NCBI GenBank assembly: GCA_030141605.1
Contig: JAQGDQ010000607.1
Location: forward strand, 65,842-129,841
Source of the DNA: Tubiluchus corallicola
Taxonomy: Eukaryota; Animalia; Priapulida
Length of the DNA: 64,000 bases
Direction of reading: 5' to 3'
Part shown: piece after piece, positions 34,564 to 47,267 of the stretch
Layout of the letters: every line of letters begins with the position of its first letter
Numbering within the stretch: position 1 is the stretch's first letter
The notes under the pieces: model-generated
Databases searched by the model: none
The model's input: the letters and a program-made list of their open reading frames with translations, nothing else
What the model was told of the DNA's origin: nothing
Made by a program: the position numbers and the translations under genes

Positions 34564-35924
34564 GCTCTCTTTCTCTGTCTCTCTCCCCAGCCTCTTTCTT
34601 GCTTGCTATCATTAAAAATATATTTAGCCGTAGTCAGTCAGCAGTCACGCTGTATAAAACTTGTAAACTTAAACTCCCGAGATGACCGGGCGCAACGACT
34701 TTAATGTAGATCGTTTGAAACAAGTTTAGCTAACATTGCGCGAAATAATCAGAGCATTCGTAACACGCATGTTGCTAATTAAGTAAAATTTTAAATTACT
34801 GTATCTTGTCAATAAGATTAAAAATACTACATTAGTGAGTGGTGCACCCTGGAGGGTGAGTTTACCAATTGCAAACGACAATTTTAAATTATTATTATTT
34901 TTAGTTACACTAGTTTGCCAGCAGGTAAGCGAGATGCTAAGTAGTATAGATTTACCTGGAAAGTTTTTTGTCTTTTCTTCCCCTGATTTTACGTTTGCAT
35001 AGTGACGTCATGTAATGGCGCGGTCGGAACTGTATTGTGCGAGATTTAAAGTGAAAACATTCTTTTAACGCGTGTACGATATATGCATGAAAATGCAGCA
35101 AAGTAATATAACTTTTTAAGGCGATTTTTCTGAAACCTACTTCAAGTACCCCTTTTCTTGTCTAAATTATGCCGTTCGTGGTAAAATGTTCTCCTGAATG
35201 CGAAGTGTTTTGAGTCATTGTTGTTTCTCGTATTTATGCAAATCGAGGCATCATTGATAAATGTTTAGAGCTGATGTCAACATAACATAATCTACTGTCT
35301 TTCTTCCTACCATTTCCACTAACACAACATTCTACCCTACCTGTGTGATCTAACCTTTCTCTCAGTTCTTTTTTTTGTTCACTCATCCATTCTTTTTTTA
35401 TCGGGTTTACATGACAGTGGACTTTGCTTCTCTAGCCCACTGCAGCACAATTATTCTTTTATGATAACGATAGTGTATGAAACATAACAATTTGATACTG
35501 TATGATGTAATAATTTTGATGTCACTGTGTGCTTAATGTTATTATATTGTACTGAATGTGATAATAATAAACTAAACTAAACTAAATTCAGTTGACCCAG
35601 CGCATAATATTACTGCTTTTTAAACTTTTTAAACCATTCTCTTTGCAGCCATTAGCAACACATTAAACTCGCTGCTTAAGCTGCATGCACAGATGAATTA
35701 TGATGCATACGTAGTGAAAGTGTTCGACTGCATGCCAGTTCAATACTCATGTGCCCTGTATTTTCATTGATTGTAGCACTTAGGAAGCCCAAGACGACAG
35801 TTGCCACGTTTTCACAATTGCTGACAACATTACAGAGCCTTTTTGCGACAGACTTCAATACTCAGTATGTTTGTGTGTTGTGCATCTATGTTTGACAAAG
35901 GCAGTGGTGAACTGTTGTGACACA

Positions 35925-35958
<34 letters not shown>

Positions 35959-38900
35959 CATACATACATATACGCATAACGTACATGACTGTATCAGTAG
36001 ATGCACAAACATAGGGTTACTAAGCTCAGAATAAAGGTTTGAATGGTGTGATCTTGCTTTGTTTTGAAATGTGTTTGTACAGTAGACGTTCAGAGTGGTT
36101 TTGAACTTTATAAATTGTGATAATATGCGAAATATATTTTTAGTTCTTTCGGATTCCTTTTGCAAACTTTCTTTCTTACATGCCTACGCATAATACCAGG
36201 GATCTTAACAAAGCAGCAGTCTGCAATTCTTGTAAAGTTTTTTTCTTAGCTTCATATATTTTTTATTCTAAATGTTGAATTTTGTTGTAATAAAATTTTA
36301 AAATTGTTTGTTACCAGAAAGAGATATACACGTGCTGTCTTGCACAAAATGCATTCCAGATGCTGTGATGAATATCATCCGTTTAGGTACCTATTGTAAC
36401 AGTAATGTGTGTAGTGTCACGTGACATAAAGAAAATGCTGGTACCCTGTCAAAGCTAATAACCCTGTAATTTATGCACATAGGTGATACGGTGTACAAAA
36501 TTCTTTCAGCTGCTTTAACCATTCGGATTGGCGGACTACGTGAAGTAATTACATTTCAGAAATAAGACGTTGTTATTGTCTTTGCAGTCAGCAGACCTTG
36601 GGACATCAATACCAGTGTTGCCGGAAGTAACTACGGAACCAGGTCCAATAGAAAGCGCTGACGGAAGAACAATGGTACGTTTGTTTGCGTAACAAAAGAA
36701 AAACTTTATGCAAGTACATTTGCCTTTATGGCAGCATGTTAGGCATGTGTGTGCAACGATAAGAACAACAACAACGATAACCACAATGTCGCCGACAGCG
36801 GCAGTTGCAATGGTAACAAGAACGACAACACTAAAGTTAATTCATTTCAGAAACAAGAACAACAACGCCGACGACGACAACAACAACAACAACAGCGGCA
36901 ACAGCAGCAACAACAACAACAACAACAGTAACAACAACAACAACAACAACAACAGCGGGAGGGTTGTATTTAAATTGAATGCTTGTAGGGAGACCAGAAT
37001 ATGACTTACTATCTAGACTAAATCTCTAAGAATACCCACTGTCTATTGCCATGTACATACGAGACGAACACAACCAGCATGACAAGAGAAACCATCCTGA
37101 GCGGGAATCGAGGTGTTTGCGGTTCCCCATCCTTTAACTGATCAGCCTTGACTATTCTTAACTTTGGTCGCCAGGCATAACACTGTACCCACTCAGCCAT
37201 GCACCTTAACAAACAAGAAAGAAGCTGGGGAGAGAAAGAGAGAGAAGGAGGAGAGACAGAAAACGAGAGCATGAGAGAGAGGAGAAAGAGAGAGAGAATG
37301 AGAAGCAGAAAGAGAGAGAGAGAAAGAGAAGGAGAAAGAGAGCGAGAGAGAAAGAGGAGAAGGAGAAAGAGAGAGAGAAGGAGAAAGAGAGCGAGAGAGA
37401 GAGAGAGAGAGGGAGAGAAGAAAGAGAGGGAGAGGGGGAGAGCGAGACAGAGAAAGAGAGTGTGTGAGAGAGAGAGAAGGGAGAAAAAGAGAGAAGGCGA
37501 GAGAGACAGAGAAAGAGAGCAAGAGAGAAAGAGAAGGAGAAAGATAGAGAGAGAGAGAGAGAGAAGGGAGGGAGAGAGGGGGAGAGAGAAAATTAGAGAG
37601 AGAAACCAAACTTGTTTTTGATGAAGCTGAAAAAAACTGACATGCAGAGGGCAACGCGAGCTTAAATACATTAGGATGCATGCACTACACTTTACTTACT
37701 TGAACATGCTGATTAATAACTAAACCAGTTTTGTTGCCTGCAGTTGCAATTAGCATCGAATTTTGATGTGAATCAGTACATCACAAAGAAAACCGTTACC
37801 CAGGGAATGATGGATGTAGCACTACTCATGTCTAATGCAGCTCAGTTAAAAGTAAGTATGTTTCCTAATTGATAATTCTGCTCCTTAAAGGACAAGAAAA
37901 TGGCCAACCAAAGTAAGCCTGAGAAAATTCGCAATAAAAAATAGTATCAACTAAGTATAATCTTAAGGGAATAAAGTGCTCACGTTTTCGCATTTACTCC
38001 GATTTTTGTAAAAAATTTCAACCGCTGCAGTAAACTTTGGCGCAGACATGTTTCATTTAGTCCGCCAATAGAAAAGCCAGCATGTGACTGATCACGTGGC
38101 ATGACGTCACTCGACACAGTCGCAGTGAGTTCTGAGCACGTGTACTATAAAAGTTTGTGTTGTGGTTCTGTGACGCCATCTAATATGGCGCCGCCGTGAC
38201 AGTCTCGCGGGAGTATTTAAAATGAAAACAAACAGGGCATTCTTTTAACGTGTGTATGATAAACGCTTAAGATTGCCTCTAACCGTTATAATTCTTTAGC
38301 GAAAATTTTCTGCGACTTACTTTAACTAGGCCTTTTCTCGTCCTTTAAATTAAAGCTCATATTTAGGTTTATTTTGCAGCATTATATTACTATCTGGCCT
38401 TATATAGTATCACAATCATTGTACTGGAAATCTTGCATTGGCGTGCTTGGTGGCCTTCACTCGTTGTCGGCTTTGGCCAGCTTGTGGCGGTTTTTTGGCC
38501 TAATCACGTGATCAATTTGATCTTAGTCAGAGGCCTACTGTGAAGTGAAGACGTGTCATGATAAGTTAACAAGATATTGTCATTATCTGTTTACAATTGC
38601 TCATGATTTGAGGCTAATAACGTATGTATAACTATTAATTACTTTAATTAAGTTTAGTTTAGATTAACCGCTAGGTATTAATTAACATGGCAGTGCAGTG
38701 TATAACTCTTGATTATGTAAAATTGACTTTTGGCTATTGTTATTTTTTGTTATTTTTGGCACTAATTTCTTATGTTTAGATGAAATGACATGTTTTGGCA
38801 AATAAAGAGCAAAGAAAGAGCAAAATTTAATCGAGCTTCGAATTTGGTTTTTTGAAAGCCCAAACAATCATTTCAGTATATACTTTGAAACACTTATTAA

Positions 38901-40965
38901 AATACTACACGTATTTATAATTCAATTTATTTAATTACTGGCTTTTTCAAATGATACGGTGTAGTTTTATATTTTCGGTTAAATTTTCGAACTATTACTA
39001 TAAATAAGTTTTTGTGGCAATGAATTTAGTAAGCCTTTTCACTTGTGGGCAGTTTCTGTATGTCAAACGTGAAGTGTGCCACAGCAAGCCGTCTTAATTA
39101 CAACCGTCACGTGACGTGTGTAAAACAAAGCCGTCTGCCGCATCAATTGTTTTATGTGGACTTTACTTAATTGTGCATTAGTCTGTGCGTAGAGTGATTT
39201 ACTAGCAGGATCTTGCTTGGAACAACAGAAAATGAACTAGGTAAGGTTCTAGCTAGCTGTTAAAACTGTTACTATTACAATAGCATGGGTTACGAGGCGT
39301 TGTCATGTGTACACAAATACGTTGTCTGGTACACTTAACAACAACCTTTGATCTTTTCACGATCATCATTGAATGCTTTGAACTGTGAAAAGGCTTATTA
39401 TAATTGTACCACCACAATTTTTATAAATGTTAGCCTTTAGAACTTGCCCTTATTGTTATTACTTTTATTATTTATTTATTATTTATCACTTTCATTATTT
39501 ATTTATTATTTATTACTTTAATTATTTTTGTAATTTTTCTAATTGTGCATGTTACTAAATAAAGATTTGATGAAACAGTGATGTTGCAGGTAGAAATGTT
39601 TTGGTCCCTTACCCCTTCCCAAGGTAGTGTATGCATTGGAAGCCACAATATATTAGACTGTAGTTCAACAAGCTAGACTACTTTTTCTACTCTGACATTG
39701 TATAGGTGGAACTTGTTATGTACACACGTCTCTGTTACATTTAAAATTTGACTTGTAATTATACTGCTACCTTTTACTGACATTCTGGCTTTTTCTCGAC
39801 TCAATATTGGACCAACAATGTATGTATGCATTTTAGCTTTTTAGTGTAACGTAGTAATCTGTAGCACTTATTTTCTTGCACTTATTTCAATAGATTTGCA
39901 GAGCTAATAATTGTAGACTACAGAAAATTTGTATTTTGCAGAATAAACTAACATAGATATGGGAACGAAACTTTGGTTTGAGCGTATACATTACAGTCAT
40001 TTGCAAAAGTTTACGACCAAAGTGATTTTTTCATGAAAATTGACAAAAATATCGTTTAACACGGTTCCATCTAAAAACTATTCATTTATTCTTCTAGAAA
40101 AATATACTACAACATAGTTTGTATGTTTTTATCACAATCCTTGATCATTTTAGTACTTTGTATGGCCGCCGAAGTTGTCAATCACTGCCTTCATTCTAAG
40201 AGGCATACTGGAAATTAGGTTTTGGCAGTACTCGGAAGTAATTTCTTTAACCCAATAACCCAAACGTCCTTGATAACTCTTCGCAAGTCTTCAGCACTTG
40301 TTGGCTGCCTGTCTGCCACCTTATCCTTCAATATCTCCCGGAGATTCTCTATCGGATTGAGGTCCGGGCTGTTTCCAGGCCATTCAAGTACGGCGATGTT
40401 CTTCTCTCTGAGGAAATTGTTGGTCACCTTCGATCTGTGACAAGGAGCTCCGTCTTGCATGAAGACTGAACACTTATGAACGCTCATGTGCAATTCTAGT
40501 TTTTCCTGAAGCAGTTCGACGTACCTAGGACTATTCATAGTGGTATTCATAGTGGTGGGAGGAAGTACAGTCCAGCTGTGCCAGAACCGACATGGCACCC
40601 CTAACTCGAGCTTGGTCTTAAACTTTTGCAAATGAGTGTAAATAAAGATTTGATAAAACAATGATATAATTGATTCAGTGCATTTATTGCAATTTCAGGC
40701 GCTGTTGGAAGTTGGGAAGGAACATCCGTACTTCTATCTGATGATCGTCTTAGTTGTAATGTCAATAACCATACAAGTCATCGTAGGAGTCATATTTCTA
40801 GTTCTAGGGAAGACTTCCATAGCGAGAGATGATAAACAGTTGCAATTGGATAAGTTGAACAATGTAGTGACCATATTTGTGTTCTTTCTGACTGTGATTA
40901 ATATTTTCATCGGTTCGTTTGGTATATCTGCAAAGCCAGACGTGACATCTACCGCAAGTGAATAG
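32429..40965 (+). CDS. Ninjurin-family protein A: join(32429-32479,36588-36674,37744-37851,40699-40965), ~170 aa
   Basis: Core FDVNQYITKKTVTQGMMDVALLMSNAAQLK-ALLEVG...IQVIVG...LDKLNNVVTIFVFFLTVINIFIGSFG matches the Ninjurin pattern (human NINJ1 NVNHYASKKS...MLDIALLMANASQLK...NIFITAFG). Exons 1-2 are inferred from splice sites and open phase-0 frames only. Confidence 0.88.
32596..33132 (+). mobile_element. Kolobok-like MITE family K2; second full copy 59637-60176
   Basis: TTAA flanks, TIR aggaaaaccggatgattg; two near-full copies. Confidence 0.8.
33505..33810. repeat. CT-rich polypyrimidine low-complexity tract
   Basis: Directly visible. Confidence 0.9.
34317..34606 (+). repeat. CT-microsatellite-containing dispersed repeat; inverted copy at 37208-37673
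   Basis: Shared unique arm taatgtatttaagc...aaacaagtttggtttctctc and end ctctccccagc. Confidence 0.88.
36588..36674 (+). CDS. Ninjurin A putative exon 2
   Basis: tttgcag acceptor; SADLGTSIPVLPEVTTEPGPIESADGRTM; gtacgt donor; 87 nt, phase 0-0. Confidence 0.6.
37012..37205 (-). mobile_element. Probable SINE with tRNA-like A box and 5S-like segment
   Basis: Reverse complement GGTGCATGGCTGAGTGG...ACCAAAGTTAAG...CAGTTAAAGGATGGGGAACCGC. Confidence 0.5.
37744..37851 (+). CDS. Ninjurin A exon 3 (amphipathic helices)
   Basis: LQLASNFDVNQYITKKTVTQGMMDVALLMSNAAQLK; gtaagt donor. Confidence 0.92.
37889..38344 (+). mobile_element. Kolobok-like MITE K1, complete
   Basis: TTAA TSD both sides; TIR aggacaagaaaa / ttttctcgtcct. 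Confidence 0.85.
39033..39394. mobile_element. PIF/Harbinger-like MITE; related copies ~18290-18640, 26110-26380, 30845-31362, 47147-49011
   Basis: TIR gccttttcac / gtgaaaaggc flanked by TAA/TTA; shared ctaggtaaggttctagctagctgttaaaactgtt core. Confidence 0.75.
39994..40638 (-). mobile_element. Tc1-family transposon, internally deleted, with DDE remnant
   Basis: TIR cagtcatttgcaaaagttt, TA TSD, FMQDGAPCHRSK...LEWPGNSPDLNPIENL. Confidence 0.93.
40699..40965 (+). CDS. Ninjurin A terminal exon (two TM helices)
   Basis: tttcag acceptor; ALLEVGKEHPYFYL...NIFIGSFGISAKPDVTSTASE*. Confidence 0.92.
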   Translation, partial: ALLEVGKEHPYFYLMIVLVVMSITIQVIVGVIFLVLGKTSIARDDKQLQLDKLNNVVTIFVFFLTVINIFIGSFGISAKPDVTSTASE

Positions 40966-42939
40966 TGCTATTTCAGACTGTGGATCTCATTCGATAGAAC
41001 TGGGCCGCTAAAACACACGGATTGTCGTCCGTGGTTTATTTAAAAGAAAACCGGACGATTATGTCAACATTAGTTCAGAATAAAGAACGGACTTTGTTGT
41101 GTTCATTTGATCCAGTTTGTTGAGAGGTCGTTCGTAGTTCATATAACAAAGCCCTATGAGCACGGGCCTATTGGAGCTCAAGAGTTCAGTCCTGACCCTC
41201 TCCGTAGTAGATTTATAATTGTTTAAATATGAAGTGTACTGTCTAATTACTTGTGTATTAGTTGCGCTATCACCTAGTACCTCGTATATTTGGATAGTGT
41301 TTATGTGCAAGCAGGTTGTGCAAGTGCTTGTGGTGTACTGCCTTTTATGTAATATTGTATTCGTTTGTTATAAATCGTGGTGATTATGCGTAATTGCTTG
41401 TGGTGTGTTAGAAATACGCTCTTCACGTGAATATGAAAGTATACGCACTTCTGAGGAAAATAAGAATTTTTTAATATAGGGCCCCTAAAATCTGGTGCCC
41501 CTCAAAATTTGGGGCCCTAGCCTACATGAGTTGGACTGAATAACTTGAATTGAGAGGGAAGTTTAGGGCTGAACTCATTGATTTGAGTTTGAATTTAATT
41601 TTAAATGAAGTGGATAAGATTTTTGTTATCTGTCGCTTATTGTACAGAGTACGCGATTGTAGTATTATGTGATCCATTTAATTGTCAGTCTACTACACTA
41701 AGGTACTGAGTTAGTCTATGCTGCCATCTACAGGCGTTGTTTTACTCTAATTATACAAAATTTGTCAGGGACTGATTTTTGCTTCTAGATATTGTTTCCT
41801 TTTGCTTTTATAGATAGTCATTAATCAGTGTAATTAGATTGTTAATGCTTTAATTCTTGTTCCAACTCTCTTATTCAAGTTAAAATAGAGAAAAATTATA
41901 ACACAGCTTTCTGTAAACCAATTATCTTTATTCTGCTATCAAAGAAGCCAAGTAGACTTTGATTTTGGTTTAACTAGTAGTCTGTAGAGTATAGGCGACC
42001 TTTCCATTTATGGTCTGTATGCATGAAAGTGATGTACCTTCCAATAGGAACTTGAATCTCTGGTCATGTGATTACAGCTCTATTCTCTCAGTCATGCAAG
42101 TTTCAGTTGATCCAGAGACAGCATTTAGAAAGGATGCAAACTTTCTACTGTTAAATATCATATTGCTAACTTTATAACTGTTTGTTCAATTTTGTGATGG
42201 AGGTGAACATTGTATACGTTTTACAATAAAATGATTGCAAATTTCTAAGGATAAACTTACAATATACATTAGTGAACGCTTTTACATGGAATTAAAACTG
42301 GGGAAACCCAATTAGAATTGGAGCATTATCGTTCCCTCAATTGTTGATTTCAAAAGCTAAAAAACAACTAATTAAACCTGTTTCATTATAATGTACGATG
42401 TTTTCCTTAGAGTGCTGGTTGGCTTGCATGGGACAGACAATTATAAAAGATACAAATTGTTTAGTATTGTATTATAGTCAGTTTATTGTACTTCACGAAC
42501 AAACAAATTTAAAGCAAGCTGATTTGAAACACAAGGAAACCCTCCACTTAATTAAAGCTTAAAAATTCGTCTCAAAATTTTATACCAGTTACGTACTACC
42601 CTTTGGTATGCATGGCTTGCGTCGGCAGTAACGATGTATGAAACGTGTAAATTTAAACTCCAGCGATGACCGTTAGACGTAGCCATTTAAATGGTAGGCC
42701 GTTTGAAACAGTTTTGATAACATTCAGTAAAGTTTGAAAAAATAATCAGAGCATCCGTAGCATACATGTTGCTAACTAAGTAAGATTTTAAATTACTGTA
42801 TCTTGTCAATAAGATTAAAAATGTGTTTTTGTCTAGTGAGTGGCGCACCCTGGAGGTTTACCAACTGGCACAAACATTTCAAATTATTAGTGTAGTTACA
42901 TAAGTCTTTCTATATTTTTGCATATATTTGTATATATGT

Positions 42940-43295
42940 GTTGTTATGAGTACCCCATAATAATAATTTTTTATTATAATTTTGATCAAAATAGGAGTAG
43001 ACATGCCAAAATCTGTCGACAAAATATTCAAACAGTTTTACTCAACGCAGTCTTTTATTCTTAGTTCATACTAGGCAGCTTTCTCTCGCAAGTTATTGCA
43101 GACAACTGCATGCAGAGTGCAGGAACTCTCAGAGAGAACTTGTGAGAGAAGGCTGTCTAGTATGAAGGCGCTCTAAGAATAACAGACCGTGTTTAGTAAA
43201 ACAGTATGAATATTTTGTAGACTGATTTTGACATGTCTACTCCTATTTTGATAAGAATTATAATAAAAAAATAATATTTTTGGATGCTCAGAACA
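42940..43295. mobile_element. Foldback palindromic MITE (~155-bp arms)
   Basis: atcaaaataggagtagacatg...catactag...aagtt mirrored by aactt...ctagtatg...catgtctactcctattttgat. Confidence 0.85.
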
Positions 43296-43437
43296 AGTTT
43301 ACAGTGAATGTTTCTGGCTATTTATTCATTTCAAATTTATTTCATACATTTAGAAATACATTATCTAAAAGCATTATATAAAAAATTAACTCTCTAGTCT
43401 GAACTTCCTCTTCTTCTGTTGTTCTAAACATCTATTA

Positions 43438-43885
43438 TATAGGTTTTACATGTCAAATGTAGACCTGCGTTAACTCAAATGTAGATTTAGGTAATTCAAA
43501 TGTGTCTTGGTAACTCAAATGTTGACTTAGGTGGTTCAAATGTGTTAAAAATGGTTTTCAACAAATCTTAATAGGCTGAAATAAAGCGTTTTCTTGCAGA
43601 TATTAGAGAAAATCTTCTAATGCAGAATCACGGTCAGAGAATGGCAATATTAGCTCAGTTGGCAGAACAGTCTGTTAATATCATAACGGCCGCAGATGCA
43701 GGCCATTTTGTAATTTGCACTTAAATGAGTTAATTACCGATTTGTTCAAAGTACCGCACTATATTTGACTTACCTAAGTCACATTTGAGTTACCAAAACA
43801 CATTCGAAATTCCTATGTCTACATTTGACTTACCTAAGTCACATTTGAACTTTCCTGTGCCTACATTTGACGTGTAAAACCTATA
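43438..43885. mobile_element. MITE with ~20-bp subterminal repeats
   Basis: tataggttttacatgtcaaatgtag ... ctacatttgacgtgtaaaacctata. Confidence 0.8.
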
Positions 43886-44467
43886 GAGCCCCTATCTTTT
43901 ATTAGAACACTCTAGTCTGAACGCGACGTTAGTGATATCATTATCTATAGTACTGATGTAACAATTCTATTTACTGTTTCCAAGGCAACCAAGACAATGT
44001 TTGAGTTCCACCACGTGGTTCCACGCTGTAAAGCAAGTTATGAGACGCCTGCCTCAGCTGTTTGATTTAATTGCTATCATGAGTATTACAGTGCTCGAGT
44101 TTGTTGTTCCTGTGGTCTTTAACAAAAAAATTATTTTATGTGTTGTTAGCTTGTAAATAATCATGTATGATAAAACCACGTGTAATTATTGTGCTGCAAA
44201 GAGATCGTGTCAAATGGAGCCACTGTCGTGACTGGAGCCATTTCAGAGACACTTGTAGTCTATTGCTACAGTATTACCACGTTTAACTTTAACGACTTCC
44301 TCTGAAGTGGTCAATCCATCTGTCGGAAGGGCATAAATAGGATGGCCGCAGCTATCATAGAAATAGTAAGAAATAGTAAGCATTTATTAGGTGTTAAATC
44401 TATACAGGAGATCAATGAATGGCTATATCAACATTGAAGAAGGTATACTGTATCTCTGCTACCGTAC

Positions 44468-45015
44468 AGCAGACTTCAGACAGACCAACCATATACTAGA
44501 CAGTTGATAGATTAGACTCTGAAGACCAGACTTCAGACAGACCAGCCACATACTAGACATCTGATAGATTAGACTTTGAAGACCAGACCAATGCGCAGAC
44601 CCCAGAGAGACCAGCCACATACTAGACAGTTGATAGATTAGACTCTGAAGACCAGACTTCAGACAGACCAGCCACATACTAGACATCAGACAGATTAGAT
44701 TTTGAAGACCAGACCAATGCGCAGACCCCAGAGAGACCAGCCTCATACTAGACATTTGATAGGTTAGACTCTGAAAACTAAACTCCAGACAGACCAGCCA
44801 CATACTAGACATCTGATAGATTAGACTTTGAAGACCAGACCAATGCGCAGACCCCAGAGAGACCAGCCACATACTATACATTTGATAGATTAGACTCTGA
44901 AGACCAGACTCCAGACAGACCAGCCACATACTAGACAACTGATAGATTAGACTCTGAAGACCAGACTCCAGACAGACCAGCCACATACTAGACATCTGAT
45001 AGATTAGAGTCTAAA
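44468..45015. repeat. Minisatellite with ~54/69-bp units (accagccacatactagaca...gattagactctgaagaccagac)
   Basis: About 9 units; explains repetitive ORF 44459-44995. Confidence 0.93.
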
Positions 45016-45385
45016 GACGGGACAGGCGATCCACAGACCAGACCAGGCTGAACTGCAGACAGACCTACATCTAGAAGAGAAAAAAATGGCCTTATCCAAT
45101 AATGAGAGTAAACTCAGGCCACAGTAACGTCTACCCATAGACCGCTACCAACCTTTTATTTGTTTTCTTACATAATGCATCACTTTTGTAACTTGCAACA
45201 GCTTTGAAACTAGGTTTAATTTCTCCGAAAATGCAGATAAATCACAACTTATATTTAAATTATCATTTAGTTGATTATGGTATTTATAAATGTGCATTTT
45301 TCATCGCACCAAGTGGCTAAATCAAACTAATAAAATCGCAAAAATATCCTACAACCTTGTAAAAACAACGTGCAGGCCTAATATT

Positions 45386-45747
45386 ATTAAATTAGTATTT
45401 ACAGCCGTTAATAGATGACTCCACATCATTAAATAGATAATACCAGCATTATTTGTTATGACAGGGAAGATCCAACATTAAATTAGTATTTACAGCCGTT
45501 AATAGATGACGCCACATCATTACATAGATAATACCAGCATTATTTGTTATGACAGGGAAGATCCGACATTAAATTAGTATTTACAGCTGTTAATAGATGA
45601 CGCCACATCATTACATAGATAGTACCAGCATTACTTGTTATGACAGGGAAGATTCAACATTAAATTAGTATTTACAGCTGTTAATAGATGACGCCACATC
45701 ATTACATAGATAATACCAGCATGACTTGTTATGACAGGGAAGATCCA
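45386..45747. repeat. 91-bp tandem repeat x4
   Basis: attaaattagtatttacag...gacagggaagat repeated. Confidence 0.93.
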
Positions 45748-46124
45748 AAAATAAGATTACTTGAAATTTGAATATTAATGAATTACTTAATTAATTTGCA
45801 AACTGTAATCACCAAACTTGGCATATAGGTCTGAGCAAGAATTGGAAACACGTTAGTTTTTGCCTTGAATGGTCAAAACACAAGGATGTCAAGGTCAAAG
45901 ATGTCAAAATAAAATTTTGCTTGTACTGCTCGAAGTGAACACGTGGGTCTGCACCTCTGCTGAGTTATTTTTGTCATGAAATTTCAGGATGGAAAAAGTT
46001 AATAAATTATTAATTAGATTTTTTGGTAAAGAACCATTTACCTGCACATAAACAGGCAGTTGCTGTTTTTAAAGTTTTCCAGGAGTGAATTTGCGAGACA
46101 AACCGGGAGTGAACTTCAACAATG

Positions 46125-46812
46125 AATGTGTTGTGGATGGTGTTGGTGTCGTGGTGTGGGTGGTGTGGTGTTATGTGCGTGGTGTGGATGGTGTTGGTGT
46201 CGTGATGTGGGTGGTGTGGTGCTATGTGCCGGGTGTGGATGGTGTTGGTGGCATGGTGTGGGTGGTGTAGTGTAATGTGGTGTAATGAGTGTGTTGTGGA
46301 TGGTGTTGGTGGCGTGGTGTGGTGTTATGTGCGTGGTGTGGATGGTGTTGCTGGCATGGTGGGGTGTAATGTGCACAGTATGGATGGTGTTGGTGGCATG
46401 GTGTGGTATAATGTGCATGGTGTGGGTGGTGTAGTGTAATGTGGTGTAATGAGTGTGTTGTGGATGGTGTTGGTGGCGTGGTGTGGTGTTATGTGCGTGG
46501 TGTGGATGGTGTTGCTGGCATGGTGGGGTGTAATGTGCACAGTATGGATGGTGTTGGTGGTGTGGTGTGGTATAGTGTGTGTGTTGTGGATGGTGTTGGT
46601 GGCGTGGTGTGGGTGGTGTGGTATAATGTGCGTGGTATGGATGGTGTTGGTGGCATGGTGTGGGTGGTGTAGTATAATGTGTGTGTTGTGGATGGTGTTA
46701 GTGGCGTGGTGTGGTGTAATGTGTGTGTTGTGGATGGTGTTGGTGGCGTGGTGTGGTGTGGTGTAACGTGTGTGGTGTGAGTGGTGTGGTAGATATGGTG
46801 TGGTGTGGCATG
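46125..46812. repeat. GT/TGG-rich minisatellite
   Basis: gtggatggtgttggtggc units. Confidence 0.92.
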
Positions 46813-47267
46813 CTATGAGTGATGTGGCATGGGTTGTCACTGTGGGGGTTTTTGTGCAGGGTTTGAATAGTTAATTAATCAATATGTCATCTCTTTTAAT
46901 AGTTTCAGCGAGCGGATGCAGGTGATGATAGTTATTCGGAAGCCAGCTCAGTAGACGATAAAAGTACGAGAACCTCACAGAAAACTTCACGAGAAACTTC
47001 ACTGAAAAGTTCACGAGGAACTTCACTGAAAAGTTCACGAGAAACTTCACTGAAAAGTTCACAGGAAAAAGACCCAAGGCAGACGGTAGATTCTCTTACA
47101 CTTAAACTAGAGTTAAAAGCAAAGTGCCAACTTACCATTATCAAAAAGCCTTTTCACAGTTACAGCGATTGATCTTGAAAAGGTCATAGGTTAAGTGTAC
47201 CACAGCAACCCGTCTTAACATCAACGTCAGTTGACGTTTTGGTAAAGCAAAGGCATCTCACGCATTA

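Noticed and set aside
33201-37681. Long Leu/Ser- or Arg/Glu-rich ORFs
   Set aside because: Translations of CT/AG microsatellites.
44459-46840. Repetitive ORFs (178 aa; His/Thr-rich 171 aa)
   Set aside because: Arise from minisatellites; no sign of codon-level constraint.
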